Source of the DNA: Candidatus Doudnabacteria bacterium RIFCSPHIGHO2_01_FULL_45_18
Lineage (GTDB): Bacteria; Patescibacteriota; Doudnabacteria; UBA920; O2-02-FULL-48-8
Assembly: GCA_001779915.1 (NCBI GenBank)
Contig: MFEJ01000023.1
Location: forward strand, 6,165-70,164
Direction: 5' to 3'
DNA length: 64,000 nt
The translations under genes were made by a program, and so were the position numbers. Each line of letters begins with the position of its first letter. Position 1 is the stretch's first letter. Shown piece after piece: positions 35,101-47,412 of this stretch. A model generated the notes under the pieces. The model searched no databases. It saw nothing but the letters and a program-made list of their open reading frames with translations, and was not told where the DNA came from.

Positions 35101-38100
35101 TTATAAGTTATCTGCCACTTCGGCCGCTTCTTTTTCACCCAAGGCCTCGGCGCGATACCCGGTGCCGGCCGGGATGAGTTTGCCGATGATGACGTTTTCT
35201 TTCAAACCTCGCAGGTAATCAGTTTTGGCAGTGATGGCGGCCTCAATCAGGACACGGGTAGTTTCTTGGAAACTTGCCGCAGCCAAGAATGATTCCGTGT
35301 TTAGAGATGACTTCGTAATGCCCATGAGCAGCTGCTCAACTTCAGCCTTGCGTCCCTTGGCCGCAACTTTGGCATTGGATAATTTTAGCCGAGATTTATC
35401 AATCAAATCCCCAACCAAGGTATCGGTATCACCCGGCTCGGTGATGCGGACTTTGGAAAACATCTGCCGGACGATAATCTCAATGTGCTTTTCGTTGACA
35501 TTCTGCCCTTGGGAAGAATAAATTTCCTGCACGTCTTTGATGATATAGTCCTGACAAGCTTCAATGCCTTTGAGCGCGAACACCTGATGTAAGTTGAGGT
35601 TACCTTCGGTCAAAGGTTGGCCTTTGGTGATTAGAGATTTCTCTTTAACAATCACGCTATATCCAGAGGGGACAGTGTATTCCTTAAAATTCTCACCTTC
35701 GCGCACCACAGTCAGTTTATCCTTACCAAGCTTAACTATCCCTGCCGCCTTGGCTTTGACGATCACACCTTTAATATTGGTGAACAATGGATCGCCTTCG
35801 TTAACTTTCTCCCCGTCAGTCAGCTGTAATTTCCCGCCTGGCAGCAAATATTCATCCTTGACCACATCCTTGGTTTCCACCCGAATAGTGGTTTCTTTAT
35901 TCGTGGCTTTGATGTTGGTCACAAATCCGTCAATTTCAGAAATCAAGGCTTGTCCTTTTGGCTCTCTGGCTTCCAGCAACTCCTCAACCCGCGGCAATCC
36001 TTGGGTGATATCTAAACCCGCCACACCGCCGGTGTGGAAAGTTCGCATGGTCAGCTGGGTGCCTGGTTCGCCAATGGCTTGGGCCGCCACAATTCCCACA
36101 GCCGCGCCCAGCTCCACCGGTTTGTTAAATCCTAAATCGTAACCATAACATTTGGCGCACACGCCGCGTGTGAGGGTACAGCGAAGCACGGTGCGAACTT
36201 CTGCCTCCGCTGCGGTAGACTTGTCAATTTCCTGAGCCAATTTTTCATCAATCATGGACCCGGCTTTGGCCACAACTAAACTCTTGGCGTCTTTGACGTC
36301 AGAAGCAAGTACTCGGCCAAAAATTCGACGGGCCAGCGGCCGGCCCAAGGCTTCCGAAGAAACTCTGGTAATGACGCGCCCGGAATCAATTTCACAATCA
36401 TCCGCGTTAATCACAATGTCTTGCGCCACATCCACCAAACGACGAGTCAGGTACCCGGCGTCAGCCGTACGAAGGGCGGTGTCGGTCATCCCTTTTCTGG
36501 ACCCGTGGGTGGAAATAAAATATTCCAAAATATTCAAACCTTCTTTAAACGAATCACGAGCTGGGAGTTCAATAACTTCTCCGGCCGGATTGGTCACGAG
36601 TCCCTTCATGCCGGCCATTTGGGCGACCTGGGAGACTGAACCTCTGGCTCCGGAGTTGACCATCTGATACACCGTGCCGTATTCGTCCAAAGTCGTGGTG
36701 ATGGCCTCGGTCACCTTATCGCGAACCTCGGCCCAAATTTCAATGACCCGGTTATAACGCTCCTGCGCGGTGAGCAACCCTTGCTGATACTGTTCCAGGG
36801 TTTTTAAAACTTCCTCATCAGCTTTTACCAACAGCTCTTTTTTGATCTCTGGGACTTTCAAATCATCCATACCCCAAGAAATTCCTGATTTGGTCACATA
36901 ATGAAACCCGACACCCTTGATATCATCCAGAAGTTGCGCCGTGCGCTCAATTCCATAATCGCGGTAGCAAACCTGCACCACTTGCTGTAAGCGTTTCTTA
37001 TCCATGACATCATTGTTAAACCGCATGCCTTCAGGCAAAACCTGATTGAAAATAATCCGGCCCACACAAGTCTCTAGACGCTGCTTATTGCCCCAGCTTT
37101 CATCTAACCGCACGGAAATTTTCGCTTTCAAACTAATAATCTCGGAAAGATAAGCCAAAAGGGCTTCATCGGCTGATCCAAAAAACTTGCCTTCCCCTTT
37201 TTCTTTCGGATGAATCCGGGTCAACCAATAACAACCCAAGACCATGTCCTGGTTCGGGCCCATGATCGGCTCACCGGAAGCCGGCTTGAGCAAATTTTTG
37301 GCAGACAGCATGATGTTGCGAGCTTCTTCTTGGGCCGGAGCGGTTAAAGAAACGTGTACCGCCATCTGGTCCCCGTCAAAGTCCGCGTTAAAAGCCGGAC
37401 AGACCAAAGGATGAATCTGAATAGCTTTGCCTTCAATCAAAACCGGCAAGAAAGCCTGGAAACCCAAACGGTGCAAGGTTGGCGCGCGGTTTAAAAGCAC
37501 ATAATGTCCTTTGGTCACTTCTTCCAAAATATCGTAGACCACGGTCGCGCCCTGTTCAATGAGCCGATTCGCCGACCTCACATTGTGCGCGTATTCGCGC
37601 TGAATAAGCTTGGAAGTCACAAATGGCTTAAATAATTCTAAAGCCATTTTTTTAGGAAGACCGCATTGGTGCAGTTTCAAACTCGGTCCCCCGACAATAA
37701 CGGAACGACCGGAATAGTCCACTCGTTTACCTAAAAGATTTTGTCGGAAACGGCCTTGTTTACCTTTGAGCATGTCCGCCAAAGATCGGAGCTTGCGTTT
37801 TTGTCCGGTCGAGGCAGTCACTTCCTTGCCGTGCCTGATGGAATTATCAATCAGGGCGTCCACGGCTTCCTGCAGCATGCGCTTTTCATTACGGGTGATT
37901 ACTTCCGGCGCGCCGATTTCCAAAAGTTTTTTTAGTCGATTGTTGCGATTAATGACCCGGCGATACAAATCATTTAAATCAGACGCAGCAAACCGGCCGC
38001 CGTCTAACTGCACCATTGGGCGCAAATCCGGCGGAATCACCGGTAGGTTGTTGATGATCATCCACTCCGGACGAATAGCAGCCTTGATCATGGATTTGAC

Positions 38101-38931
38101 GAGTTTCAACCGTTTGATCAATTTACGCTTATATACGCCTTCGGCGATTACGATTTCTTCATGAAGTTGCGTAAATAATTTTTCCAAATCAATTTCTTCG
38201 ACGAGTTGGGTAATCGCCGCGGCTCCAATCCCGGCCGCGAATACTGGCCCATATTTTAAAGACAGGTCACGATATTCAAGTTCGGAAATAATCTGGTATT
38301 TTTTAATGGACTTAAGTTCAGAGCGCGCCAGATCGCGGATGCTTTCCAAATGTTCAACTTCCTTGCCCCACATGTCGCGCACGCGCACGGTTTCCGGATC
38401 AGAGGAATTGTTTTGTTTAACCAAATTCTCATATCGGCTGTCAATTTCCCGGCGCTTAGCTTTGAATTCCCGTTCAATCTGCTCGGTCGTTTGGGCCCGG
38501 GCATCTTCATCCACACTGGTAATAATGTAAGAAGCAAAGTAAACAACTTTTTCCAGTTCCTGTACTGACAGATCTAGGATTAATCCTAAACGGGAAGGCA
38601 CGCCTCGTAAAAACCAGATGTGGGCCACCGGGGCGGCCAGCTTAATATGGCCCATGCGTTCGCGCCTGACCGAGGCGCGGGTCACTTCCACCCCGCACTT
38701 GTCGCAAACAATACCTTTGTAGCGGATACGTTTATATTTACCACAATAACATTCCCAGTCTTTGATCGGGCCGAAAATCTTTTCATCAAATAGCCCATCT
38801 TTTTCCGGCCGCTGGGTCCGGTAGTTGATCGTTTCCGGCTTGGTCACCTCACCATAAGACCAATTCAAAATATCCGCGGGAGAAGCGAGTCTCAAACGAA
38901 CAGCTTTAAATTCTTCGGTCTGTTGGAGCAT
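35101..38931 (-). CDS. rpoC: RNA polymerase beta' subunit
   Basis: NADFDGD catalytic motif, Zn-binding Cys motifs. Confidence 0.99.
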   Translation of the reverse strand: MLQQTEEFKAVRLRLASPADILNWSYGEVTKPETINYRTQRPEKDGLFDEKIFGPIKDWECYCGKYKRIRYKGIVCDKCGVEVTRASVRRERMGHIKLAAPVAHIWFLRGVPSRLGLILDLSVQELEKVVYFASYIITSVDEDARAQTTEQIEREFKAKRREIDSRYENLVKQNNSSDPETVRVRDMWGKEVEHLESIRDLARSELKSIKKYQIISELEYRDLSLKYGPVFAAGIGAAAITQLVEEIDLEKLFTQLHEEIVIAEGVYKRKLIKRLKLVKSMIKAAIRPEWMIINNLPVIPPDLRPMVQLDGGRFAASDLNDLYRRVINRNNRLKKLLEIGAPEVITRNEKRMLQEAVDALIDNSIRHGKEVTASTGQKRKLRSLADMLKGKQGRFRQNLLGKRVDYSGRSVIVGGPSLKLHQCGLPKKMALELFKPFVTSKLIQREYAHNVRSANRLIEQGATVVYDILEEVTKGHYVLLNRAPTLHRLGFQAFLPVLIEGKAIQIHPLVCPAFNADFDGDQMAVHVSLTAPAQEEARNIMLSAKNLLKPASGEPIMGPNQDMVLGCYWLTRIHPKEKGEGKFFGSADEALLAYLSEIISLKAKISVRLDESWGNKQRLETCVGRIIFNQVLPEGMRFNNDVMDKKRLQQVVQVCYRDYGIERTAQLLDDIKGVGFHYVTKSGISWGMDDLKVPEIKKELLVKADEEVLKTLEQYQQGLLTAQERYNRVIEIWAEVRDKVTEAITTTLDEYGTVYQMVNSGARGSVSQVAQMAGMKGLVTNPAGEVIELPARDSFKEGLNILEYFISTHGSRKGMTDTALRTADAGYLTRRLVDVAQDIVINADDCEIDSGRVITRVSSEALGRPLARRIFGRVLASDVKDAKSLVVAKAGSMIDEKLAQEIDKSTAAEAEVRTVLRCTLTRGVCAKCYGYDLGFNKPVELGAAVGIVAAQAIGEPGTQLTMRTFHTGGVAGLDITQGLPRVEELLEAREPKGQALISEIDGFVTNIKATNKETTIRVETKDVVKDEYLLPGGKLQLTDGEKVNEGDPLFTNIKGVIVKAKAAGIVKLGKDKLTVVREGENFKEYTVPSGYSVIVKEKSLITKGQPLTEGNLNLHQVFALKGIEACQDYIIKDVQEIYSSQGQNVNEKHIEIIVRQMFSKVRITEPGDTDTLVGDLIDKSRLKLSNAKVAAKGRKAEVEQLLMGITKSSLNTESFLAAASFQETTRVLIEAAITAKTDYLRGLKENVIIGKLIPAGTGYRAEALGEKEAAEVADNL

Positions 38932-38943
38932 AAAAGTTAAAAA

Positions 38944-41900
38944 TTATTTCTTGGCTTTTCGCTTTTTATCTGATTTGTCTTCGGCAAATTCCAGAACTTT
39001 TTCATCCAAGCGATCCGTGGTCGCCATTTCCTTAAGCTCCCCGGCGGTGTCAGTCTCGGCAGACAATTTTTCACCAATCAGTTCTACATTTAAACAAAGC
39101 GATTGCAGTTCTTTGACCAAAACTCGGAACGATTCCGGGACATTCGGTTTTTTAATCGGCTCGTCTTTAACAATTGATTCATAGGTTTTGGCCCGTCCGA
39201 CGACGTCGTCGGATTTGATGGTCAGCATTTCCTGCAACGTGTGCGCGGCACCATAACCTTCCAAGGCCCAAACTTCCATTTCGCCAAACCGCTGGCCGCC
39301 AAACTGGGCTTTCCCGCCCAAAGGCTGCTGGGTGATCAAAGAATAAGGACCAGTGGAACGAGCGTGCATTTTATCATCAACCAAGTGATGCAGTTTTAAC
39401 ATATAAATAATGCCCACCGTGATTTTCGAGCTAAAGGCCGCGCCGGTCTTGCCATCATACATCGTGACCTTACCGTCTTCGGGAAACCCCGCTTTCTTAA
39501 GTTCCTGTTTAATCACTTCTTCCGGCACCCCGTCGAGTGCTGGCGAAGCGACTTTGTAACCAAGTTTTTTGGCAGCCAAACCCAAATGCGTTTCCAAAAT
39601 CTGACCAATGTTCATGCGACTAGCTACTCCCAAAGGATTTAAAATCAGATCCACCGGGGTCCCATCTTGCATAAACGGCATGTTCTCCACTGGGATAACT
39701 TGGGAGATCACGCCCTTGTTGCCGTGTCGGCCAGCCATTTTGTCGCCAACTTGAATTTTACGAAGCACGGCCACGGAAACCTGAATGGACTTAATCACGC
39801 CCGAAGGCAGTTTGTCTCCCGCTTCACGGGAAAATTCGCGAATGTTCACGACTTTACCATACTCGCCATGCGGCAGAGTCAGCGAAGTGTCTTTCACGTC
39901 CCGGGACTTTTCTCCGAAAATCACGCGCAATAATTTTTCTTCGGCCGTCAGATCAGTTTCACCTTTCGGTGTAATTTTGCCAACCAAAATATCTCCGGCC
40001 TTAATCTGCGCCCCGATCCGGATCACACCGTTCTCGTCCAAGTCCTTCAATTTTTCTTCACCAACATTCGGAATATCACGGGTGATAATTTCCGGGCCCA
40101 GTTTCGTATCGCGCAGATCGACTTTAAAATCTTCAATATGAATCGACGAGTAACGATCTTCTTCCACCACCCGAGATGAAATTAAAATGGCATCTTCGTA
40201 GTTGCCGCCCTCCCAAGACATAAATGCCACCAACATGTTTTGGCCCAAAGCCAATTCGCCTTGTTCAATAGCCGCGCCATCGGCGATGGGTTGGCCGGCT
40301 TTAATTGCTTGTCCTTTCACAACTGTGGGATGCTGGTTAATGGAAGTCGAGGTATTGGAACGGATAAATTTTTGCAATAAATATTCTTTTTTCTTGCCAC
40401 CCTTGGACTCGCCAAGCACAATTTTATCGCCAGTCACGCTTAAAACCACACTGTCACTTTCCGCAATCACAACCTGGCCGGAATCATAAGCCGCCTTGGC
40501 TTCCACCCCGGTGCCGACGACCGGCGAATCGGGTTTAATGCAAGACACGGCCTGACGTTGCATGTTGGAACCCATCAACGCGCGGTTCGCGTCGTCGTGC
40601 TCCAAGAAAGGAATCAGGGAAGTGGTGACGGAAATAATTTGTTTGGGTGAAACTTCCACATAATCAATTTCCGAAGTTTCCGTGATGGAAGGCTCGCCAT
40701 GGACGCGCACGGAAGCCCGCGGTTCGGTAAAAAATTCTTTGTCATCCACGTCAATCGTGGCCTGGGCAATCACGGCAAACTGCTCTTCATAAGCGTCTAG
40801 GTAAACAATTTCGTTAGTCACCTGGGAGCGGGCATGAGGAACCTTTTTCACCTTGCGATAAGGAGTTTCAATAAATCCAAAATCATTGATCCGAGCATAG
40901 CTGGCCAAGTGCGCCACCAGACCGATGTTGGGGCCTTCTGGCGTGGTAATCGGGCAAAGCCGGCCATAGTGGGAACGATGTACGTCACGAACTTCAAACC
41001 CGGCGCGTTCGCGTGACAGTCCGCCCGGACCCATAGCCGAAAGCCTTCGCTTGTGTTCCAGTTCCGCCAACGGATTAGTCTGATCCATAAACTGGGACAG
41101 CTGGGAAGAAGAGAAAAATTCCTGAATCACGGCTACGATCGGGCGCACATGAATCAGTTGCGCTGGTGTCACTGTCTCCATGTCAGCCAAACTCATCCGG
41201 TCCTTGGCAATCCGGCTCATCCGGGCCAGCCCAATGCGAAATTTGCTTTGAATCAGCTCCCCCACAGCCCTGACACGTCGGTTAGACAGATGATCAATAT
41301 CATCCCAAGTCCCTTGGGAATTATTAAGCTGAATGACTTCGCGGATAATGTCGGTTAAATCCTGTTTGGTTAAAATCCGATCCGCGCGGTCGTTGATTTT
41401 TAGTCTTTGATTAAGTTTATAGCGGCCGACTTCGGAAAGATCATAGCGGTCCGCGTGAAAAAACATAGCTTCAATTAAAGATCTGGCATTGTCCACGGTG
41501 GCTAAATCTCCCGGCCGGATTCGTTTATAAACTTCCTTAAAACCTTCGTCTGCGGTTTTGGACGGGTCCTTTTCCAAAGTATTTTGGATGTAGCGCATAT
41601 CCGGATTGGTGTCCACATCCACAAAGGCCGCCAAAATTTCCTCGTCTGATCCAAATTTAAAGACACGCATAAGGGCCGTGATAGGAATCCGGCGCTTGCG
41701 GTCAATCTTCACACTGATAATGCCGTTTAAATCGGTTTCCACTTCCAGCCACGCGCCGCGGTTAGGAATAATTTTCGCGCCATACCAATTCCGGCCACGC
41801 ACTGTTTCACCGGAAAAAAACACACCTGGGGATTTGACCAGTTGCGAGACGACAACGCGCTCGACGCCATTAATCACAAACGTGCCGCGCGGCGTCATCA

Positions 41901-42285
41901 GTGGAAAATCACCCAAGTAGACATCCTGAGTTTTAGTTTTGCCACTGACCTTGTTAATCAGTTTGACGGAAACATAAAGGGGCGCTTCAAAAGTCGTGTT
42001 GCGCTCCTTGGCGGTTTTTTCATCATACTTCGGCTTATCCAAAAAGTATTCCCCAAACTGCAGTTCCAAATTCTTGCCAGTAAAATCTTTAATGGAATTA
42101 ATCTCGGCAAACAGCTCTTTTAAGCCTCTTTCCAAAAACCATTTATAACTCCGAAGCTGGGCTTCGATCAAGTGAGGCATCTCCATAACGTCATGGAAGG
42201 CGGTAAAAAAATTCCGATGGCCTTTTTGACCCATGGGGCTTGCTAAATTTAGGCTTAAATTAGCCATTTTCTTTTTTGGAGACAT
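38944..42285 (-). CDS. rpoB: RNA polymerase beta subunit
   Basis: [35 protein letters not shown]. Confidence 0.99.
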   Translation of the reverse strand: MSPKKKMANLSLNLASPMGQKGHRNFFTAFHDVMEMPHLIEAQLRSYKWFLERGLKELFAEINSIKDFTGKNLELQFGEYFLDKPKYDEKTAKERNTTFEAPLYVSVKLINKVSGKTKTQDVYLGDFPLMTPRGTFVINGVERVVVSQLVKSPGVFFSGETVRGRNWYGAKIIPNRGAWLEVETDLNGIISVKIDRKRRIPITALMRVFKFGSDEEILAAFVDVDTNPDMRYIQNTLEKDPSKTADEGFKEVYKRIRPGDLATVDNARSLIEAMFFHADRYDLSEVGRYKLNQRLKINDRADRILTKQDLTDIIREVIQLNNSQGTWDDIDHLSNRRVRAVGELIQSKFRIGLARMSRIAKDRMSLADMETVTPAQLIHVRPIVAVIQEFFSSSQLSQFMDQTNPLAELEHKRRLSAMGPGGLSRERAGFEVRDVHRSHYGRLCPITTPEGPNIGLVAHLASYARINDFGFIETPYRKVKKVPHARSQVTNEIVYLDAYEEQFAVIAQATIDVDDKEFFTEPRASVRVHGEPSITETSEIDYVEVSPKQIISVTTSLIPFLEHDDANRALMGSNMQRQAVSCIKPDSPVVGTGVEAKAAYDSGQVVIAESDSVVLSVTGDKIVLGESKGGKKKEYLLQKFIRSNTSTSINQHPTVVKGQAIKAGQPIADGAAIEQGELALGQNMLVAFMSWEGGNYEDAILISSRVVEEDRYSSIHIEDFKVDLRDTKLGPEIITRDIPNVGEEKLKDLDENGVIRIGAQIKAGDILVGKITPKGETDLTAEEKLLRVIFGEKSRDVKDTSLTLPHGEYGKVVNIREFSREAGDKLPSGVIKSIQVSVAVLRKIQVGDKMAGRHGNKGVISQVIPVENMPFMQDGTPVDLILNPLGVASRMNIGQILETHLGLAAKKLGYKVASPALDGVPEEVIKQELKKAGFPEDGKVTMYDGKTGAAFSSKITVGIIYMLKLHHLVDDKMHARSTGPYSLITQQPLGGKAQFGGQRFGEMEVWALEGYGAAHTLQEMLTIKSDDVVGRAKTYESIVKDEPIKKPNVPESFRVLVKELQSLCLNVELIGEKLSAETDTAGELKEMATTDRLDEKVLEFAEDKSDKKRKAKK

Positions 42286-42412
42286 AAAATAATCCCTCTT
42301 TTTCGCATACGCAAAAAAGAGCCGCTAGTGGCTATACTCTTATTAAATTAGATATCACACTTACATCTTAAGCTATATGGAAAAATTGTCAAGCCTGCCG
42401 GCAGGCACATAC

Positions 42413-43615
42413 CTATATAATTGGTTTAGGACGAGTCCCCAACCCGAACATCACCAACACCAAGCCGAGGCCGGCCATAATGAATCCCAAGGAAATTTGA
42501 TCTGCCAAAACCCCAACTAGGATCGTAGGCGTAGTTGCGGATAACTGCAGCAAGACATGCAGGGATCCATAAACCCTGCCGCGGATGTGTGAAAGCGCGT
42601 GGGTCTGTAAAAGTGAATGGGCAGGGGCGAAAATATGCGCATTGAAAAAACCAATGACAAAACCGATGACCGAATAATAAATATATTTATGCACAAAAAG
42701 TTCGATAAACGATAACGCAAACAACATGAGACCCATGCCTAAAAATCCCATAAGAATTAAGCTGGGTTTCGAAAGAAAACGTGATTCCCAACCTAAACTT
42801 AAAGCGCCGACAAGAATTCCGAGACCCAGCGGCACCACGACAAAAATCGAACCGGTATTTAAATTAATGCCGATGGCTTTCTCCATAAACGCCGGCGCGA
42901 TAGTAATCAGCATACCGTTCACGATCTGAATGGAAACCAAACTCACGAGCGGAAAATGCAAGGGCTTGTTCGCCCAAAAATGAACAATCCCTTCCCGAAA
43001 CTCCCACCAAACATGCGGGTGCTTTTGGACAACCTCGGGTTTTAAGGAAGGTAAAGACAAAGTTGCCAAACCCGCGATAGTCAGCAAAACCACACCCACG
43101 ATAAACGGTGCGGCTTGACCGAAAGCCTGCGACATGGGCCCGGCAGCTGCAAATCCGATGATCAGAGAAGCCGAATTAGTAAACGCAAAATAGCTATTGG
43201 CTATCAAAATCTGATCATGAGGGACCAAATTCGGAATGGACGGGGCTTCCGCCGGCAAATAAAATTGATTCAAAGAAGCATATAAAAATGTAATCAAAAA
43301 CAAACCCCAAAAATCCGAGCCAACCACAAAATACAGGGCAATTGCGCCGGCTTGCAGGAAATTAATAATGGTCAAAAGCCACTTGCGGTCAAATCGGTCG
43401 GCATAAACTCCGGCCAAACTTCCAAACAACACCGTGGCCAAACCAAAAGCCATGATAATCAAGGCCACGGACAGGGACGAACTGGTCAACTGAAACACTT
43501 TGATTAAAATCGCGAAGCTTAAAATGTAATTGGTCAGTTGCGAGGTCGCCTGTGAAATCCAAAGCTTGGTAAAATCCCAATTTTTTAAAACCGCGACGTA
43601 GGATTGAAAACTCAT
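42413..43615 (-). CDS. MFS transporter
   Basis: About 12 TM; GVYADRFDRK motif A. Confidence 0.9.
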   Translation of the reverse strand: MSFQSYVAVLKNWDFTKLWISQATSQLTNYILSFAILIKVFQLTSSSLSVALIIMAFGLATVLFGSLAGVYADRFDRKWLLTIINFLQAGAIALYFVVGSDFWGLFLITFLYASLNQFYLPAEAPSIPNLVPHDQILIANSYFAFTNSASLIIGFAAAGPMSQAFGQAAPFIVGVVLLTIAGLATLSLPSLKPEVVQKHPHVWWEFREGIVHFWANKPLHFPLVSLVSIQIVNGMLITIAPAFMEKAIGINLNTGSIFVVVPLGLGILVGALSLGWESRFLSKPSLILMGFLGMGLMLFALSFIELFVHKYIYYSVIGFVIGFFNAHIFAPAHSLLQTHALSHIRGRVYGSLHVLLQLSATTPTILVGVLADQISLGFIMAGLGLVLVMFGLGTRPKPII

Positions 43616-43935
43616 GAGCGTTTTTTAGGCCTGGTGATGTTGGGCGCTCGACTATACGTGGACTCTATCAAATCTTGCGAAAGTTTCAAACCAAATGCCA
43701 GGGCATTGGCCGTAGCCACCACGGTGCGGGTTTTGGAAAAATGACCAGGATCGGCCTGGACTTCAATTTTAGTTAAATCAGAAAGTTTGATTTTTTGTTT
43801 TCGACAAAACTTTTTGATTTCTAAAAGCAGGTTTTCTGATAAATTTTGATTTTGAAAATGGTGTTCCCTAATCCTGTTTTTTGAAACTAAAGCCAACCGC
43901 GCCAACTCGGGATTAATAATATCAATCAACAACAT
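43612..43935 (-). CDS. tsaB: Minimal TsaB-like protein
   Basis: SENLL.EI, PGHFSKTR.VVATANALAF, Y..PNIT; only 107 aa. Confidence 0.7.
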   Translation of the reverse strand: MLLIDIINPELARLALVSKNRIREHHFQNQNLSENLLLEIKKFCRKQKIKLSDLTKIEVQADPGHFSKTRTVVATANALAFGLKLSQDLIESTYSRAPNITRPKKRS

Positions 43936-43940
43936 AATAA

Positions 43941-44513
43941 TTACAACACCTCTTCTTTCCTCGGATGTTTTTGTTTATCATTCAGTTTGATCAGTTTTAC
44001 GACTTTATCAATTAGCTTTTTCGGATCCGCATCAAACACCACGCGTCGGCGTCCCCGCTTGGCCAATTTTAAAATTCGATCAATTTCCGGTTCCACCCCC
44101 CCGGTACCTGTCAGCACGCCAACCACCCGCTTATCCTCAAACGCGGACGTAAACTCGTTTAGGGTCCCGATCCGGCCGCAAACCACAATAATGGCATCAG
44201 CCGATCTGGTCATCAGCATATTCCGGCCGGAATAATCAAAACCCGTATAAATAATCAGATCCATGTAACGGGTCGGCAACCGGTAACTGTGCACATGTGA
44301 TTGTTTGGAAACCGCCGGCGATAATCCGATAGAAATGCCACCCACGGACTTGGCGCCTCTCGTTGCCCATTCCGGCACGCCGATGGTCGCGCCAGTGATC
44401 AAGACACAGCTATGTAAAGCAATTTGCCGGCCGACTTCGTAGGCTTTTTTAAACGCGCCCTTGGTGCAGTTGTTGATGGCCGAACCGGACACCGCGATTT
44501 TGTATTGGATCAT
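43941..44513 (-). CDS. LOG/TIGR00725 family protein
   Basis: ITGATIGVP, GRN....SAD.I..CGRIGTLNE. Confidence 0.85.
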   Translation of the reverse strand: MIQYKIAVSGSAINNCTKGAFKKAYEVGRQIALHSCVLITGATIGVPEWATRGAKSVGGISIGLSPAVSKQSHVHSYRLPTRYMDLIIYTGFDYSGRNMLMTRSADAIIVVCGRIGTLNEFTSAFEDKRVVGVLTGTGGVEPEIDRILKLAKRGRRRVVFDADPKKLIDKVVKLIKLNDKQKHPRKEEVL

Positions 44514-45445
44514 TTTTTAATTAGATTGCGAACCAGTCTTACTTGCTTATAAACATTATACCAAATTGGCGAGAAAATCAGATCAAACGCGCCTGGAAAC
44601 ATAACTTCCAGTCCGCCGAAGCCTTTTTTAAATCTCGTAATCCCGGCCCAGGCTTGGGTTTGATCGCTACTTCCTGCAATCCCTCCAAAATCGTAAAACT
44701 TCAAGCCGGAATTTTTTGCCAACCGAATCGCTTCCCAGTGCAGTAAATAAGACGCCTGCGCTTCTTTCATTTTGCTGCTGGAACCGCCATGCAAAAAAGT
44801 TGCCGTCTCGCCAAAGCGGCTGACAAATATCGCAGCCAAGGGTTCGCCTTTATATTCGGCGATTAAAATTTTCAGAAATTTGGGAGACAAATGCTCCCAC
44901 ATTTGTAAATAATAATTTTGCGCGTGCAATTTATATCCATTTCGGCCGGCTGTTTCTAAAAATAATTTCCAGGCCATGATCAGATCCGCCTTGGTCCCTT
45001 CCCTGACGACCACACCTTTGCGTTGGGCCAGATTGATATTATACCGGGTTTTGGGTTTCATGCCGATCAATAATTCTTCTTCAGTTTTTTCTAAATCCAA
45101 AACCCAATTATGCAACGGCTGCATGTCTTTCACGGCTTTCGGTAAACTGACGGCTTGTATCGGTTCAATTCGAGAAAAAATAATGCTATGATCAGACTCA
45201 AATTTTCTTAAATCTGCCAAAGCGGCTTCCACCTTGCCTACCGGCCCCCTCGGACAATAAAGATATTTTTTGCCAGCCGGCAAAGCAATTTCAAAAGCCA
45301 GACAAAGATAATCACTGCCTGAAAAACGGTAAATTTTTTGGCCCAGAGCTTGCTGAAATTCACCCCAAGCCCATGCTTGCAAAATCGACCCACCGAGGTC
45401 GATAACTTTTTTATCCCAAGCTTCTGGCGAGAGATTTGAAATCAT
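44510..45445 (-). CDS. FemABX/MurM-family peptidoglycan peptidyltransferase
   Basis: LQ..AWGEF, YCPRGP, KTRYNI, YDFGGI, FKKGFGG. Confidence 0.9.
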   Translation of the reverse strand: MISNLSPEAWDKKVIDLGGSILQAWAWGEFQQALGQKIYRFSGSDYLCLAFEIALPAGKKYLYCPRGPVGKVEAALADLRKFESDHSIIFSRIEPIQAVSLPKAVKDMQPLHNWVLDLEKTEEELLIGMKPKTRYNINLAQRKGVVVREGTKADLIMAWKLFLETAGRNGYKLHAQNYYLQMWEHLSPKFLKILIAEYKGEPLAAIFVSRFGETATFLHGGSSSKMKEAQASYLLHWEAIRLAKNSGLKFYDFGGIAGSSDQTQAWAGITRFKKGFGGLEVMFPGAFDLIFSPIWYNVYKQVRLVRNLIKK

Positions 45446-45621
45446 TTTCGTTTCTTCGTCCTTGCATCCCGAATCACAATCGCGCCGTTGATTTTCCGAA
45501 CCAGCATGCGCTGATGCTCGCGCAAGCTTAAAGCGCGAACAATGTCGGCCGGAATGATTACCGACAAAGAACCATTGCCAATCTTTTGGAGTTTTCTAAT
45601 CGAATTTGTGGGTCTAGCCAT
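45442..45621 (-). CDS. AbrB/MazE-family DNA-binding protein (59 aa, absent from the ORF track)
   Basis: MARPTNSIRKLQKIGNGSLSVIIPADIVRALSL..; ATGA overlap with the femX-like gene. Confidence 0.8.
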   Translation of the reverse strand: MARPTNSIRKLQKIGNGSLSVIIPADIVRALSLREHQRMLVRKINGAIVIRDARTKKRK

Positions 45622-45821
45622 ATGATTTAATTATATAACTAATTATATAATTATCTATATAATTAATAAATACTGAGTAATCTCCTGCGGCACCACTTTT
45701 TTCTGGAAATTTGCCGCTGTCCGAGCATGATAAATCCGGTTAGATTTGTCCGTTCATGCGAGTCCGGCAAATTTCCGACTTTTTTCCGCCTCTTTTTTCT
45801 AGAAAAAAGAGGCTAAAGAAA

Positions 45822-46388
45822 TCATTTACTTAAAGCTTTCAGGGCAATCTTAACTTTCTCCTGCAAATTCGCGACATTTTTCGGCACACTCTGAAGTGCC
45901 TCGCGAGCCTGCTGCTGGTTGTACCCAAGCGCTATGAGCGCATCCATGGCATCCGAGTGCTCGCGCGCGACAGGCGTGCTGTCTGTTTCGTCTTTGAGCT
46001 TTTCTTTGAGTTCCACGATCACCCGTTCCGCGGTTTTGCGGCCAATGCCAGAGACTTTCGTAAATACGCCCGCATCTCCGGAGACAATCGCGGATTTGAT
46101 CATCTCCAAGCCGGACAGCGACATGATCCCCAGCGCGGATTTGGGCCCCACACCTGATACGGTCAAAAGTAGTTCAAAAAATTCCAGATCTGGCAAGGTT
46201 TGAAAGCCGTACAAAGTCAGCTGGTCTTCCCGCACATACGTATGCGTGACTAAACTTACGTCTTGATTGGGCTTTAAGGTCAGAAAAAAAACTTGCGGCA
46301 AAAAAACTTTGTAACCAATGCCATTGGTTTCCACAATGATATAATTGCTACTTTTATGACTAATTTTGCCCTTGATTGATCCGATCAT
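45822..46388 (-). CDS. ruvA: Holliday junction branch migration protein RuvA
   Basis: HTYVRED..LYGF, VSGVGPK, GIGRKTAER, ALIALGY. Confidence 0.96.
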   Translation of the reverse strand: MIGSIKGKISHKSSNYIIVETNGIGYKVFLPQVFFLTLKPNQDVSLVTHTYVREDQLTLYGFQTLPDLEFFELLLTVSGVGPKSALGIMSLSGLEMIKSAIVSGDAGVFTKVSGIGRKTAERVIVELKEKLKDETDSTPVAREHSDAMDALIALGYNQQQAREALQSVPKNVANLQEKVKIALKALSK

Positions 46389-46447
46389 ATGGTCATTATA
46401 CGCAAATTTCGGGCATAAAAAAAGAGCCGGAGCTGAAGCTTCGGCTG

Positions 46448-47332
46448 TTACTGGGCTTTTTCAGACGGCTTGCTGAACTTTAGGGAAAAGCCCATCAGAT
46501 CCGCGCCGCTTGATATGTCCTTGATAATGCTGAAATACAAAGCTGACGGCACCCTGGCGCTTGATGCCGGAAACGGAAGGATGAAACTCTTCAGTCTGAT
46601 TGCTGCTCCCCAGGTAATGCCGATCTCGCCGGCCTTCCCGCTTCCGCCCATGAACATAATTCCGGGTAAGCGACCTTCAACCCGGCCATGAGTCAAAGGA
46701 ATATCTATACCGGGAGCAAGACCGAGTAGTCCCACCACCCTGCCTGGATCAGTCGTTGGTGCGTAGATGAAGTCGAGCATCAAATACTTGAGTATAATCG
46801 ACTGCGTCACCAACACTTCTTTGCGCTGGATCTGCACCATCGTCTGAAGCATATCCTGCCCTTGACGCAAACGATTGGCAAGGCTGGGGTCTTTCCAAAT
46901 CCGAAGCCATTGGCAGGGTTGAACCAGATCAGCGTTATTATCAACGCTTCCGGTCAACTCCTCGCATGCACGCCCTAGAAATGCTGGAGGCGTTGGCTCC
47001 TGTTCAAACAGCTCACCGTTAAGGCTCTGAAATAGTGACCACCAAGGATAACTTTCGATCGTGGCAATCCGTCTCCATTGCCAGAATCTCCAAGAGTATC
47101 CAATGGGATAACGATTCAGATTCGTCGGAGCTTGTTTCATCCAAGATGCATAAAGCTCGGACCAATCATTTCCCATCAGCAAGTTCTCAAGCGTAATCAC
47201 AAACAATGCCGGGGCTTCGGCGACATCTTGGCTGACAGACGACGGAGTTTCGGGTGTAGTCACCTCTTGGGCTTGGACTGTTGCGCCCAAGCAGATCCAG
47301 GCGACAACCATATAAACAACCTTATTGCGCAC
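46448..47332 (-). CDS. Hypothetical secreted protein (orphan)
   Basis: GGAGG-led GTG start, signal peptide ending VQA-Q, terminator at about 46417-46446. Confidence 0.6.
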   Translation of the reverse strand: MRNKVVYMVVAWICLGATVQAQEVTTPETPSSVSQDVAEAPALFVITLENLLMGNDWSELYASWMKQAPTNLNRYPIGYSWRFWQWRRIATIESYPWWSLFQSLNGELFEQEPTPPAFLGRACEELTGSVDNNADLVQPCQWLRIWKDPSLANRLRQGQDMLQTMVQIQRKEVLVTQSIILKYLMLDFIYAPTTDPGRVVGLLGLAPGIDIPLTHGRVEGRLPGIMFMGGSGKAGEIGITWGAAIRLKSFILPFPASSARVPSALYFSIIKDISSGADLMGFSLKFSKPSEKAQ

Positions 47333-47412
47333 ACAGTCCTCCCTTCGCATTTTCCCCATTCTAGACCCTAGCCAAAAGTTTGCCAAGTCTGCTAAAATGA
47401 AATTTAGACAAC

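Noticed and set aside
35225-42123. Long antisense ORFs opposite rpoB/rpoC (also uvrA, ychF and others)
   Set aside because: Shadow frames of conserved genes caused by codon bias
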